A stretch of 62,463 nt of DNA, the filler included. It is 8 parts of 8 records of this genome, joined end to end, with 100 filler letters (N's around TTAATTAATTAA, not from the genome) between each part and the next. Parts side by side here need not be neighbours in the genome. Positions count along the whole stretch, not along the records: positions 5,831 to 16,432 come from SRR31156797_56055; positions 16,533 to 27,120 come from SRR31156797_56088; 6 more parts are not named here. One strand, 5' to 3'. A program made the translations under genes and the position numbers. Positions 11,901 to 20,072 of this stretch are shown in pieces (position 1 is the stretch's first letter; every line of letters starts with the position of its first letter). The notes beneath the pieces were generated by a model, which had not been told where the DNA came from, made no database searches, and was given only the letters and a program-made list of their open reading frames with translations.

Positions 11901-14212
11901 CCATCCCCAGAAGTTCCGTCAGTTATAAACATACAACTTGTACCCCATGAGGTTGCCGTTGTTGTAGGTTCTGCTAATGTTAAATTATAATTAGCAAGAT
12001 TTACAACCTGATTACGATTAAAGGCAAAAGACGTTGCATTTATATCACTTACCAATTCTATTTGAGGAGTTGATCCCGTGTTGTCCAATTGGATTCTTCC
12101 AAACTCCTGCTCCTGGCCAAATTGCCCTTTTATATATTGCGTTGAACTTCCTGTAAGCTCCAGGCCTCCAGTACCCGATGAAATAATATTTCCATCAATA
12201 ATAATTAGGCTATCCGTAAGCATTGGCCAAAAATCAACTACATCAAATTCTCCTCTAGATAATTTAAGATCACCACTTATCTCAATATTATTTGCTCCAG
12301 TTAAACTTACTTCGTAGAATTGACCATCCGTAGGATGTCTTTCTTTGTTAATAGATAATCCCGGCAGTGTTAACACCGAACCTGTATTATTACTAATAGC
12401 ACCATCCTGATCTCCATCAAAAATTAAACTCCCTGACTGCGTAAAAGTTCCAGTTATATTAAAATCTCCTCCAATTGAAATATCTGAACCATTATCGTTA
12501 AATGTTGCATTCGTTCCAATTGTTAAATCATTAAGAATACTTAAGCTTGAAGCACTGGCATTTCCATATTGATTAACAACCTCGACCTCTTGACCTGCTG
12601 AAGAAGCTACAATATTTAAATTGTACAATGGAGCTGTTGAATAAATTTCAGTATCGTTACTGGAAGGGGAATCTGTTGGCGTATTAAATTGAACTGTACC
12701 ACCACTAACATTATAATTCCCGTCTCCTGAAAAAATGCTCAAAGCAGTAAAACTATGACTATTGACAGCCGAAAACTCTATTGTACCTCCCGACATTTCA
12801 AACACCTGATCTTCATGAGCTATTTGAAACGAAGGTGATCCCCAATTATTTGTTGCTAAGGCATGAATATGAAATACTCCTCCAGATTGATAATAATTTA
12901 ATCGACCATTAGCATCTTTTTGCCGTAACTGTGTTGCATATATTGTTCCTCCATTTACAATTAAGGAAGATGGAGAAGCTACATTATCATAATATGAAAT
13001 ACCACTAGACTCCTCTGGCAATATTAATTCACCTGCAGATATTTTTAGCACTCCATTTAAGGTAACTCCTGTCCAGTCTGCAATATATCCATGTTCATCT
13101 GCATCAAAAGTAGTTATGCTAGCACCATTAATCCACAATTGTCCTGTCGATGGAATATTAAACTCTTTTGTATTACTACCATCTATATTTTCCCCTAAAC
13201 GACTGATAATAATATTAGAACCTAATTCTAATGTACCATTTTCTATCACAATTGGTAAACGCTCCCAACCATCAGCTCCATCTGCTGCATCTGAAGTGGC
13301 TCCTGTTACCGGTCCAAATAAGGTAAAATTTGAACTATTATCCGCTGTTACATTTATCTTAAATGTTTTGTCTGTTCCTTTATCAACAAAAAGCCTGTAA
13401 AGTTCTGTTGCTCCGTTACATTGAAATTCATTATTGGTAGATCCTGAAAATTTTAATTTAATGGCTCCATCTGTCGCTTCGGAATATTGAGCAGAATTAG
13501 TAAAATCCAAAGAACCTTCATTTATAAAATCACCATATACTTTAAACCAGTGAAAAGCATCTCCCGAACCGACTGTTAAATTACCTCCTGATTCTATATT
13601 TACATCACCATTTACCTGAATGGTTAAAGCCGTCGTTCCTCCATTATTAATCTGAAAAGTACCATCCGTTACTACTAAATTACCATTTAAGGTGATATCA
13701 TCAGCCACAGATATCGTTTGCCCGGCAGTCATATCTACCTCCAGATTACAAAAAGTATTAGATGAAGTAACAGCAAAACTACTTCCGTAATACACCACCG
13801 TTCCTTCACCTTCTCCTGCCGAAATAAAATCAGAATCATCCGTAATTGCAGGATAGTTATCAGCGGCCATCAATAAACGTCCGGTACCATTTAACTCCGA
13901 AAAAGTATGACCATCTGATGTCCTTAAATCCAAACTACCATATATTGTTACAGAAGCTTGCGTAAGTGTAACATCATTTCCCGGATCATATGGACTAACT
14001 CCATCTGGAACAGTTACTGTTTTTCCACTTAAAACAATTACATTATCACCATCAGCTGGAACTGCGCTTCCTACAGGAACTGCACCCGCGGGATCTAAAG
14101 TCCAAATATCTGCATCATTCCAATCTCCACTGGCCAATGTATACCATGTATTTTGCGCATTAACACCACATACAAACGCCATTAAAAAGAGTAAAAAAGC
14201 ATACCTTTTCAT
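5984..14212 (-). CDS. 2742-aa secreted surface protein with beta-helix-like repeats and a C-terminal T9SS sorting domain
   Basis: Sec signal MKRYAFLLFLMAFVCGVNA-Q. Gly/Ser/Thr/Asn-rich ITLNGNL-type repeats. C-terminus VEVYNLAGQLI...MYIIKA..GDNVYQKKVV typical of a T9SS CTD. Confidence 0.85.
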   Translation of the reverse strand: MKRYAFLLFLMAFVCGVNAQNTWYTLASGDWNDADIWTLDPAGAVPVGSAVPADGDNVIVLSGKTVTVPDGVSPYDPGNDVTLTQASVTIYGSLDLRTSDGHTFSELNGTGRLLMAADNYPAITDDSDFISAGEGEGTVVYYGSSFAVTSSNTFCNLEVDMTAGQTISVADDITLNGNLVVTDGTFQINNGGTTALTIQVNGDVNIESGGNLTVGSGDAFHWFKVYGDFINEGSLDFTNSAQYSEATDGAIKLKFSGSTNNEFQCNGATELYRLFVDKGTDKTFKINVTADNSSNFTLFGPVTGATSDAADGADGWERLPIVIENGTLELGSNIIISRLGENIDGSNTKEFNIPSTGQLWINGASITTFDADEHGYIADWTGVTLNGVLKISAGELILPEESSGISYYDNVASPSSLIVNGGTIYATQLRQKDANGRLNYYQSGGVFHIHALATNNWGSPSFQIAHEDQVFEMSGGTIEFSAVNSHSFTALSIFSGDGNYNVSGGTVQFNTPTDSPSSNDTEIYSTAPLYNLNIVASSAGQEVEVVNQYGNASASSLSILNDLTIGTNATFNDNGSDISIGGDFNITGTFTQSGSLIFDGDQDGAISNNTGSVLTLPGLSINKERHPTDGQFYEVSLTGANNIEISGDLKLSRGEFDVVDFWPMLTDSLIIIDGNIISSGTGGLELTGSSTQYIKGQFGQEQEFGRIQLDNTGSTPQIELVSDINATSFAFNRNQVVNLANYNLTLAEPTTTATSWGTSCMFITDGTSGDGSLTMGFTVTTTNETVATFPVGQSGKYSPAVINASGASGTTAGFLTVVPVDSKHPTSDASSSTLDYYWKMKQSGFDAISGNLQYVFTYYTSLASNVEKKGAYLTGTTWNETASNVRSGSVFTFPYSASLEDDFTLGKANDYNTVRSLYAITDNTWDDPTSWSLTSGGAALDPGDDAPGPADFVIIEAGQTITIDASTAQASQVQIDGTLYVSDGTSGHTIDIIKGDGTLIYEEDSNWADYALITGSHNEFCNSTSSTIEFTGTGSPRDLPSNSVLPYYSNLKISGSGEVRSDQGEDLYINGNLEVESGTFNLLTYGNEIVTVVGDINIGTGTLTFNNAGVNRYLDVSGDINFTDAGEFNDTGSNENHLYIDGNIVVGSGIINLSDMTVVFEGTEDATFSVGSGSASFERVEVNKSVGKKIEFTSGFTLTGATTGATKPLELIAGECHLNSSDFTNLELNLSGAYDFEIPGDAILRVDNQSTVLCSSAGSGIKLEGSLILDNSGSVDIARYIHFLSTGSSSISVSNSAVLDVGSQISRVTNNDAGILSFTQRGGNVTIGSEDAGTNTRGMFEILGTGSSFDQAAGDVILIQRSNGSSTVPSLYFDPETVTYGGVDAGFTFDVQYDTNEIYAIYATESLNDITLLGGTASGTGSGNEIRLLTIGHTIGEDLTVGANIDFNANGLDLTLNGNLVVNGEYIPNSNTTYFTGASDQTISGSGTVSFADVIKETGAGTLILGHAITVGGDLTLSSGTLNTVTYDLTVEGDLTNDVTTVSTSGRGIVMGSTGDVQQVQGSGTFSIFTIDNTGGGVVLPTQSGSVNFTTKLRLEDGVFDIGRNLLVIDSTAVIETDDSFSESSMIQTNLSFTDNGIEKYFPVISGSSSFTYPIGSLGKYTPITLDVTSNKNGTGSPGSIRVKAADEPHVSVPVADQGSVLQYNWTLDADDITGFSADAYMYSYDDDAVGDTSAYYTARILLGSVNWNKYSTDEFMGYADATDISKFTFSNTDDAGIDGDYTAGGAIPDEVQAFISVTDGPWTTITTWATYDPDTEAIGTPGDGVPSGTGPKGAVVYIDNGDVVSMPSNFMSSYRTYIRETGILSVGSSIGHRLGDVMGTGTLKLENGDLPAGSYDNFFSASGGVLEYAGSSNYAVLSELPNVNSVLFSGTGDRELPNIDVQLYGDLTINGPDIINTYDSDIALQGDLIFSAGTFDAGIGTSTITFNGSTLQSVSGAVEFTSSGGGEFYNLEIDNASGLDLQSNAEVINDLYLTTGNIESSSTSMLTITNTATDAVVGGSSTSYVAGPMQKQILNSSSFTFPVGYGSTYGKFDITLDASSGGLWEAEYIGISPGAYATRAMDPETVTGDVAYVSHSEFWRILAPVAANAQLTLYWGSHSGVNPDTDFRLVDWQDLGTDAWSEVSIGSPTGDTNSGNVSTSGNVTFNEWSSEGNYYTFGSIVIPAYTWVGDVSNDWFTAGNWSSDIVPTAGSDVTIVMGTPNNAEIDGVAQMNDLTISSGTLTLAAGSQVTINGDLSTINDGLIIQNTVTNPTSVITYGTVSGEAQVQRTGFTERYWYHISHEVTGVAESEYDASIGADTYALNRFTTAWERVGGINEIYSDAYPFNDELEGYSFLLRDAGETLVYSGTLNSDASYSKSSLTGQWHHFANPYPSYIDVEEVGFDLDNFMKTVYIDAYNGLVVTYNIETNVGLNGGSRYIAPGQAMWLRNYVVSDFLVASSARAHSTGSLKSSGMDDENIFRMELRSSKATDEAVVLFGDNGSEEVTRLDSEKLLNSGDAANIYSLKASKKVAVNYLPTLEGIQEVVQLGYQVSESGMELFTYRANNIEGFYPHTSVYLVDKLEGVTVNLRETPSYSFTPQAAASNDRFELIFEQLTTDVENITKGEAVIYGVNHSAFVKLDESLLSESYKLVEVYNLAGQLIMQQKVDSSETELVLPKANTMYIIKASIGDNVYQKKVVTTN

Positions 14213-14465
14213 ATATCAAATATTAATTGTTATCAATCTCAAAAGCCTAGATCAACACAATATAGGCCTAACACATTGCATTTGTACGTGAAAGTTACAA
14301 ATTGTTGCATTATTTTGACGAATTGTGCAAAACTTTTATCAAACAAAAATGTGGATTAATGGAATTATAGACTTCAATACTCAATAGTTCAAATATTATA
14401 CTAACACAAAGTAGGTAATTCACCTTCATAAAACACTACCAAATAGAGTCTTTCAACAAAAAAAC

Positions 14466-16247
14466 TCACTCTTTAACTGAATTAACCATTTGGCAAAACA
14501 CACCTTTCTTTTGCAGTAGTTCCGAAGGCTTACCATCTTCAACAATTTCACCATTTGATAAAACAATAATTCTATCTGCCAGATGAATGGTAGAAAAACG
14601 ATGACTAACAATAATAGCTGTCCTATTCTTTGATATAGATTCAAAGTTTTGGATTAAGTTTGCTTCTGTATAAGCGTCTAAAGAGCTGGTAGGTTCATCC
14701 AGCATAACAATTTTTGCATTGTTAAAAAAAGAACGAGCTAAAGCTATACGTTGCCACTCGCCCACACTAAGCATTTCGCTATCTTTAAATAAGGTACCTA
14801 AAGTGGTATCATATCCTTTGGGAAGAGATTCTATCAATTGATGTACACCGGCTTTTTCAGCGCTACGCTTTATTTCATCACTATTTATTGATTCTTTAAT
14901 ATTACCCAACCATATATTTTCCTTTGCAGAAATATTATAAAGCATAAAGTCCTGAAAAATAGCACTGACATTTTCGGCAATTGAAGACTTTTTTATTAAA
15001 GACAAATCTATTCCATCTACCTTTATCTTTCCATGATTTGGCTCATACAAACCACAGATCAGCTTTACAAGTGTTGATTTTCCAGCTCCATTATTTCCTA
15101 CAACAGCTACTGTTTCTCCAGCTCCTATCTTCAATGATAAATTTTTAAAAACATACCTCGAACTGTTGGGATACTTAAAATCCAAATTCTCAATTTGAAT
15201 ACCATTTGTTATTTTTTCCGGAAAATCATACTCCTTAATACTTGTATGCTCAATAACCTTATAATCGATAAACTCATAAAAGTACTTCAGAAACAAACCA
15301 TCTTCGTAGAGACTTGAAATCTTAAGCAAAAGATCCTGCAAAAAACCATACCCTCTATATAAAGCCAGATAAAACATCACCATTTTACCTTGGGTTAGCC
15401 TGCCATCCAAGGTTTCATGTGCTATATATCCTAAAATAACAATTAAGGCTAATGCTGTCAATATTTGAATAACCAGTTCATAAACAGTTTTTTCCTTTAA
15501 TAAGGAAAATTGCTTATTTCTTAATTCTCCTTTTTCTTTTTCATAACGTTTTTTAAATATGGAGGATAAATTAAAAATCCTCAACTCCTTTGCAAACTGC
15601 TTTGCTGTTAGAATATTATTGTAATAATTAACCAAACGCTCATTCCCTGTATGACTTCTTTTAAAGTCAAATATCCTTTTTGAAAATTTCAAACGAATAA
15701 AAACAACCGGAACTACAAATAACAAAAGCAAAACCAACACACCCCAATGCAAGGTCACAAATAAACCAGCGATCAAAGCGAGGGTAATACTATTCTGCAT
15801 TAAGCCAATAAATCCATAATAAATCCGCGAAGGTCGGTAGGAAGCTTCATTAACTGCTCTGTAATAAATGTCCTGAAAACGATAATCATCAAAATTTTCA
15901 AAATCTATACTTGTTGTTCTTTGATGAATTAAGTCCTGAACAATATCTACTATATAATGCGAGTGTTTTTCTCGAACTACTCCTGAAACCGCATTCAAAA
16001 TACCATGCATCAAAAACACAACAGCGGCAATAATTAAAATCACCCACAAAGAGTCTATCTCAAGAAAGCCGAACGAAAGCTTATTTCCAGAAATAACATC
16101 GACAAGCATTTGAATAATATAAATAAGCAACATGGGGATTCCTCCTTTTGCAAGAATAACTAAGGCATTAATAAACGCCCACTTAGGGGAGCTTTTCCAT
16201 ACGATTTGTAGAGAGCGAAGTATTTTAGTGTTTTTTAAGCGGGGCAT
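14466..16247 (-). CDS. ABC exporter, fused permease and ATPase
   Basis: N-terminal TM domain, Walker A GNNGAGKS, signature LSVGEWQRIALAR, Walker B MLDEPTSSLD, VSHR. Start moved to the ATG at 16247 (MPRLKN). Confidence 0.9.
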   Translation of the reverse strand: MPRLKNTKILRSLQIVWKSSPKWAFINALVILAKGGIPMLLIYIIQMLVDVISGNKLSFGFLEIDSLWVILIIAAVVFLMHGILNAVSGVVREKHSHYIVDIVQDLIHQRTTSIDFENFDDYRFQDIYYRAVNEASYRPSRIYYGFIGLMQNSITLALIAGLFVTLHWGVLVLLLLFVVPVVFIRLKFSKRIFDFKRSHTGNERLVNYYNNILTAKQFAKELRIFNLSSIFKKRYEKEKGELRNKQFSLLKEKTVYELVIQILTALALIVILGYIAHETLDGRLTQGKMVMFYLALYRGYGFLQDLLLKISSLYEDGLFLKYFYEFIDYKVIEHTSIKEYDFPEKITNGIQIENLDFKYPNSSRYVFKNLSLKIGAGETVAVVGNNGAGKSTLVKLICGLYEPNHGKIKVDGIDLSLIKKSSIAENVSAIFQDFMLYNISAKENIWLGNIKESINSDEIKRSAEKAGVHQLIESLPKGYDTTLGTLFKDSEMLSVGEWQRIALARSFFNNAKIVMLDEPTSSLDAYTEANLIQNFESISKNRTAIIVSHRFSTIHLADRIIVLSNGEIVEDGKPSELLQKKGVFCQMVNSVKE

Positions 16248-16359
16248 TCCAATCTTGTTTTTCGTCCAAGATAGCAAAAGATAATACGAGCTAATACATT
16301 TTGATAATTTAATTGTACATGTTCGAATACTCCTTGCCCCTCCATCGCTCCATACACAC

Positions 16360-16432
16360 CACTTGTTCGACAACTTATTAGCGAACAAGTGTCGAACACC
16401 TGTCGAACAGCTATCGAAGCTTTGCGAAGCGC
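16360..16432. repeat. 11-bp-periodic CGAA repeat with an inverted repeat
   Basis: CGAA at 16382, 16393, 16404, 16415, 16425. IR CACTTGTTCG (16360-16369) / CGAACAAGTG (16382-16391). Confidence 0.65.
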
Positions 16433-16532
16433 NNNNNNNNNNNNNNNNNNNNNNNNNNNNNNNNNNNNNNNNNNNNTTAATTAATTAANNNNNNNNNNNN
16501 NNNNNNNNNNNNNNNNNNNNNNNNNNNNNNNN
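16433..16532. other. Artificial contig linker 2
   Basis: N44-TTAATTAATTAA-N44. Confidence 0.99.
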
Positions 16533-16655
16533 ATGACGAATTAGGAATGACGAATTAGGAATTACCAATTACCAATTACCAATTACGAATTACCAATTAC
16601 CTAATAACTCAATAACCAAATAACATAATAATTCATTAACCAAATAACTATAAAC
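16533..16655. repeat. Short tandem repeat tract (7-mers AATTACC/AATTACG/AATTAGG/AATGACG, then 8-mers AATAACnn)
   Basis: About ten heptamers read directly from 16533-16601, followed by AATAAC-containing octamers up to the start codon. Confidence 0.85.
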
Positions 16656-16659
16656 CAAA

Positions 16660-17883
16660 ATGAAAAGATATTTAAAATTAGCATGGCGAAACCTTTGGCG
16701 GAACAAACGCCGGACGATGATCACCGTTGCCTCGGTATCGTTTGCCATTTTCATGGCATTGCTCATGCGGTCGATGCAATATGGCAGCTACAACCTGATG
16801 GAGCGCGAAGCCATCAAAAATTCAACAGGGTTTATCCAGGTGCATGCTCCGGGCTATTGGGACGATAAAAACATCGACAACACCTTTGAAAACACAAATC
16901 AACTTTTTGATGAAGTTAACAATATGGAAAATGTGAGCATGGTTATACCCAGAATTGAGTCGTTTGCACTTGCCTCACACAAAGACATGACCAAAGGCAT
17001 CGGCATAGTGGGCACCATCCCTGAAATTGAAAACGACATCACAAAAATTAACACCAAAGTAATCGAAGGTGAATATTTCCGATCTCCCGAAGATCAGGGT
17101 GTTTTGCTTGGAGATGATCTGGCAAAATTCCTGGACCTGAAAGTTGGAGACACCGTAACCCTGATTTCACAGGGATTTCGTGGAAACACTGCAGCAAGCA
17201 TCAATGTGGTGAGGGGTATCTTTCATTTCCCGGCGCCTGACATGAACAAGCAACTCATTTACATGACGCTGAATGCCGCTCAGTATTTTTATGCTGCCCC
17301 AACCCGGGCTACCTCCTACTCCATCATGCTTCATGATCCGGATAAGCAAAACGAAACATTTACAAAACTTCAGAGCAATCTGGGAGACAATTACGAAATC
17401 ATGACCTGGGATGAAATGTTAATTGAGCTAAAACAACAAATCCAAAGTGACAATATTGGTGGGGTATTTATGCTGGCCATTTTATATATCGTGGTCGCTT
17501 TTGGCATTTTCGGCACCATACTGATGATGACCCACGAGCGTCGCCGGGAATTTTCGGTAATGATCGCAACCGGCATGCAGCGCTATAAGCTGGCTGCTAT
17601 TGTATTTTTCGAAACGCTTTACATGGGCCTTATCGGGGTGATTTCAGGAAGTATTATCAGCCTGCCGATTGTCTATTACTTCTATAAAAACCCGATCCCA
17701 CTTACCGGCGAAATGGCCAAAGCTATGGAAGAGTTCAATGTACAACCCATTATGCCGTTTGCCCTCGAAGGCAGCATTTACTTTAACCAGGCTATCGTTG
17801 TCTTTATCGTGGTATTGCTCATTTCCATCTACCCTCTGATCAACATCAACAAATTTAACCTGATCAGCGGACTCAGAAGCTAA
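16660..17883 (+). CDS. ABC permease, LolC/E / MacB-FtsX family
   Basis: LAWRNLWRNKRRT, TM, large periplasmic domain, ERRREFSVMIATGM, three C-terminal TMs. Confidence 0.9.
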   Translation: MKRYLKLAWRNLWRNKRRTMITVASVSFAIFMALLMRSMQYGSYNLMEREAIKNSTGFIQVHAPGYWDDKNIDNTFENTNQLFDEVNNMENVSMVIPRIESFALASHKDMTKGIGIVGTIPEIENDITKINTKVIEGEYFRSPEDQGVLLGDDLAKFLDLKVGDTVTLISQGFRGNTAASINVVRGIFHFPAPDMNKQLIYMTLNAAQYFYAAPTRATSYSIMLHDPDKQNETFTKLQSNLGDNYEIMTWDEMLIELKQQIQSDNIGGVFMLAILYIVVAFGIFGTILMMTHERRREFSVMIATGMQRYKLAAIVFFETLYMGLIGVISGSIISLPIVYYFYKNPIPLTGEMAKAMEEFNVQPIMPFALEGSIYFNQAIVVFIVVLLISIYPLININKFNLISGLRS

Positions 17884-17927
17884 TTCACATTCTTCAAAAT
17901 TATTCATTGACCAAAACAAAAATAGAT

Positions 17928-19148
17928 ATGCTGATAACACTCTCCTGGCGAAACATATGGCGAAATAAAATTCGCAGCATGGTGGTGATCCTGGCCATTG
18001 CCATTGGGCTGACCGGTGGTATTTTTATTGCCGGAATGATGAACGGAATGGTTGCCAAACAAACCAGCAACACCATCAACAACGAAATCTCTGACATCCA
18101 GATTCATCAACCAAAATATCTGGAGAATTCTAATCCAAAGTATTTGATTTCCGATGTAGATCAAAAACTGGAAAAGATTAATGCCAATCCGGATGTAACG
18201 GCTAGTTGTTATCGTACAAAGGCACTGGTGATGGCTCGCACAGCAAGCAAAGGTGCAGGGGTTACAATTATGGGTATAAATCCAGACCTTGAAAAAGAAG
18301 TCACTGCCATTCACGATCAAATTATCAAAGGAACTTATTTCGAAACCGAAACCCGGTCGCAGCCCATTGTGATTGGCGAAAAACTGGCAAAAAAATTAAA
18401 TGTTGACCTGGGGAAAAAGATCATCATGTCGTTCACCACGCTCGACCTCGAACAGGTAGCGGCAGCATTCCGGGTTGTTGGCATTTTTAAAACCAACGAT
18501 TCACGATTTGATGAAATGCATGTGTTTGTGCGTCAGCAGGAGCTTAATAAGGATTTGGGGATTGAAGGAAACCAGGCGAATGAAATCGCAATAAGAACAT
18601 CCTCCCAGGAATTGGCTCCACAAGTTACCGATGAACTGTCACAGGCATTTCCTGATCTGAGCGTCCAATCCTGGCGTGAAATCAAACCATCGCTAATCGT
18701 AATGCTAACTATGATGGACCAGTTTAGCCTGTGGCTGATTGTTATCATCCTGTTTGCACTCATTTTCGGGATTATCAATACTATGCTTATGGTTATTATG
18801 GAACGCAAAAAAGAACTGGGGATGCTGATGTCGGTGGGTATGAACAAAGCGCGTGTATTTAAAATGATACTTTTCGAGACTTCGATGCTATCACTGGTGG
18901 GAGCCGGAACCGGACTCCTTGCGAGTATCGCTCTCATCTCCTGGTTGAGCCATACTGGGATAAACCTGGGATTTTGGGCTGAAGGCCTCGAGGCAGTTGG
19001 ATACAGCGCATTTGTTTACCCTTATGTATCTAACAGTTATTATTTAAACATCACCATACTAACTTTATTAACAGCCATAATAGCTTCTATCTGGCCTACC
19101 AGGAAAGCGTTAAAAATGAATCCTGCAGAAGCTGTCAGGGCAGAGTAG
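17928..19148 (+). CDS. Second LolC/E / MacB-FtsX family ABC permease
   Basis: LSWRNIWRNKIRS, ERKKELGMLMSVGM, PTRKALKMNPAEAVR. Start at ATG 17928. Confidence 0.9.
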   Translation: MLITLSWRNIWRNKIRSMVVILAIAIGLTGGIFIAGMMNGMVAKQTSNTINNEISDIQIHQPKYLENSNPKYLISDVDQKLEKINANPDVTASCYRTKALVMARTASKGAGVTIMGINPDLEKEVTAIHDQIIKGTYFETETRSQPIVIGEKLAKKLNVDLGKKIIMSFTTLDLEQVAAAFRVVGIFKTNDSRFDEMHVFVRQQELNKDLGIEGNQANEIAIRTSSQELAPQVTDELSQAFPDLSVQSWREIKPSLIVMLTMMDQFSLWLIVIILFALIFGIINTMLMVIMERKKELGMLMSVGMNKARVFKMILFETSMLSLVGAGTGLLASIALISWLSHTGINLGFWAEGLEAVGYSAFVYPYVSNSYYLNITILTLLTAIIASIWPTRKALKMNPAEAVRAE

Positions 19149-19201
19149 AATTTTTGAAGTAAAATTTATTGAGTCATTTATCATTGAAAATAAAGAGAAA
19201 A

Positions 19202-19885
19202 ATGAAAGTTATCGAAACAAAAAATCTGCATAAAATATATAACGAAACACAGGTGCCTGTTAAAGCAGTTAACGGAATTGATCTGGAAATAAATGAAGGC
19301 GAATTCACAGCTATTGTAGGACCATCCGGTTGCGGAAAAACCACATTGATGAATATGATCGGTGGCCTCGATAAACCCACCAAAGGAACTGTGAAAGTGG
19401 ATGGTAAGAACCTGAGCGAATTAAATTCAAGTGGGTTGATAGATTTCCGGCTTCATAATATTGGATTTGTTTTCCAGGCATATAACCTGCTACCCGTGTT
19501 AACGGTGAAAGAAAATATCGAATTTATCATGCAATTGCAGGGTAGGGATAAAAAGGAATGTGACGAGCGTGTTAAGGAACTCCTGGATGCGATAGGACTA
19601 TCGGAGCAAATCAACAAACGGCCCAATCAACTTTCCGGAGGACAGCAGCAAAGGGTTTCCGTGGCAAGGGCGCTGGCATCAAAACCAAAATTTATCCTGG
19701 CTGATGAACCAACGGCCAACCTGGATTCAAAGTCCACTTCGGAATTGCTTGAACTGATGGAGAAACTCAACCGTGAAGAGAATATCACTTTCGTTTTTTC
19801 AACTCACGATGACCGGGTAATGAAAAAAGCCCGCCGCCTCATCACCCTTGAGGATGGAAAGGTTGTAAAGGATGTAACGGTTTAA
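19202..19885 (+). CDS. LolD-like ABC ATPase
   Basis: GPSGCGKT, GFVFQAYNL, LSGGQQQRV, LADEPTANLD, STHD. Confidence 0.93.
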   Translation: MKVIETKNLHKIYNETQVPVKAVNGIDLEINEGEFTAIVGPSGCGKTTLMNMIGGLDKPTKGTVKVDGKNLSELNSSGLIDFRLHNIGFVFQAYNLLPVLTVKENIEFIMQLQGRDKKECDERVKELLDAIGLSEQINKRPNQLSGGQQQRVSVARALASKPKFILADEPTANLDSKSTSELLELMEKLNREENITFVFSTHDDRVMKKARRLITLEDGKVVKDVTV

Positions 19886-19939
19886 GAAAAGAAACCACTA
19901 ACAATAAATGAACAAATAGAATTAAATACATGAAATCAG

Positions 19940-20035
19940 CTTGGTGAAACTTTGTGTCTCCTTCGTGTTACTCTGTGGAACAGCATTTCAAGTTATGCAG
20001 GAAGGTTCACAAAGAAGGTACAAGGAAGCCCAATG
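19940..20035. repeat. Inverted array of CTnnGTG / CACnnAG heptamers (REP-like)
   Basis: CTTGGTG, CTTTGTG, CTTCGTG, CTCTGTG at 10-11 bp period (19940-19977), answered by CAGGAAG, CACAAAG, TACAAGG (19998-20025). Confidence 0.6.
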
Positions 20036-20072
20036 ACTTTTTGAATAGCCGCGTTAATAACTGGAAAAATCA

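Noticed and set aside
14466-16432. Lasso peptide or other RiPP cluster
   Set aside because: Only a transporter is present. No precursor, cyclase, peptidase or RRE gene is on this contig.
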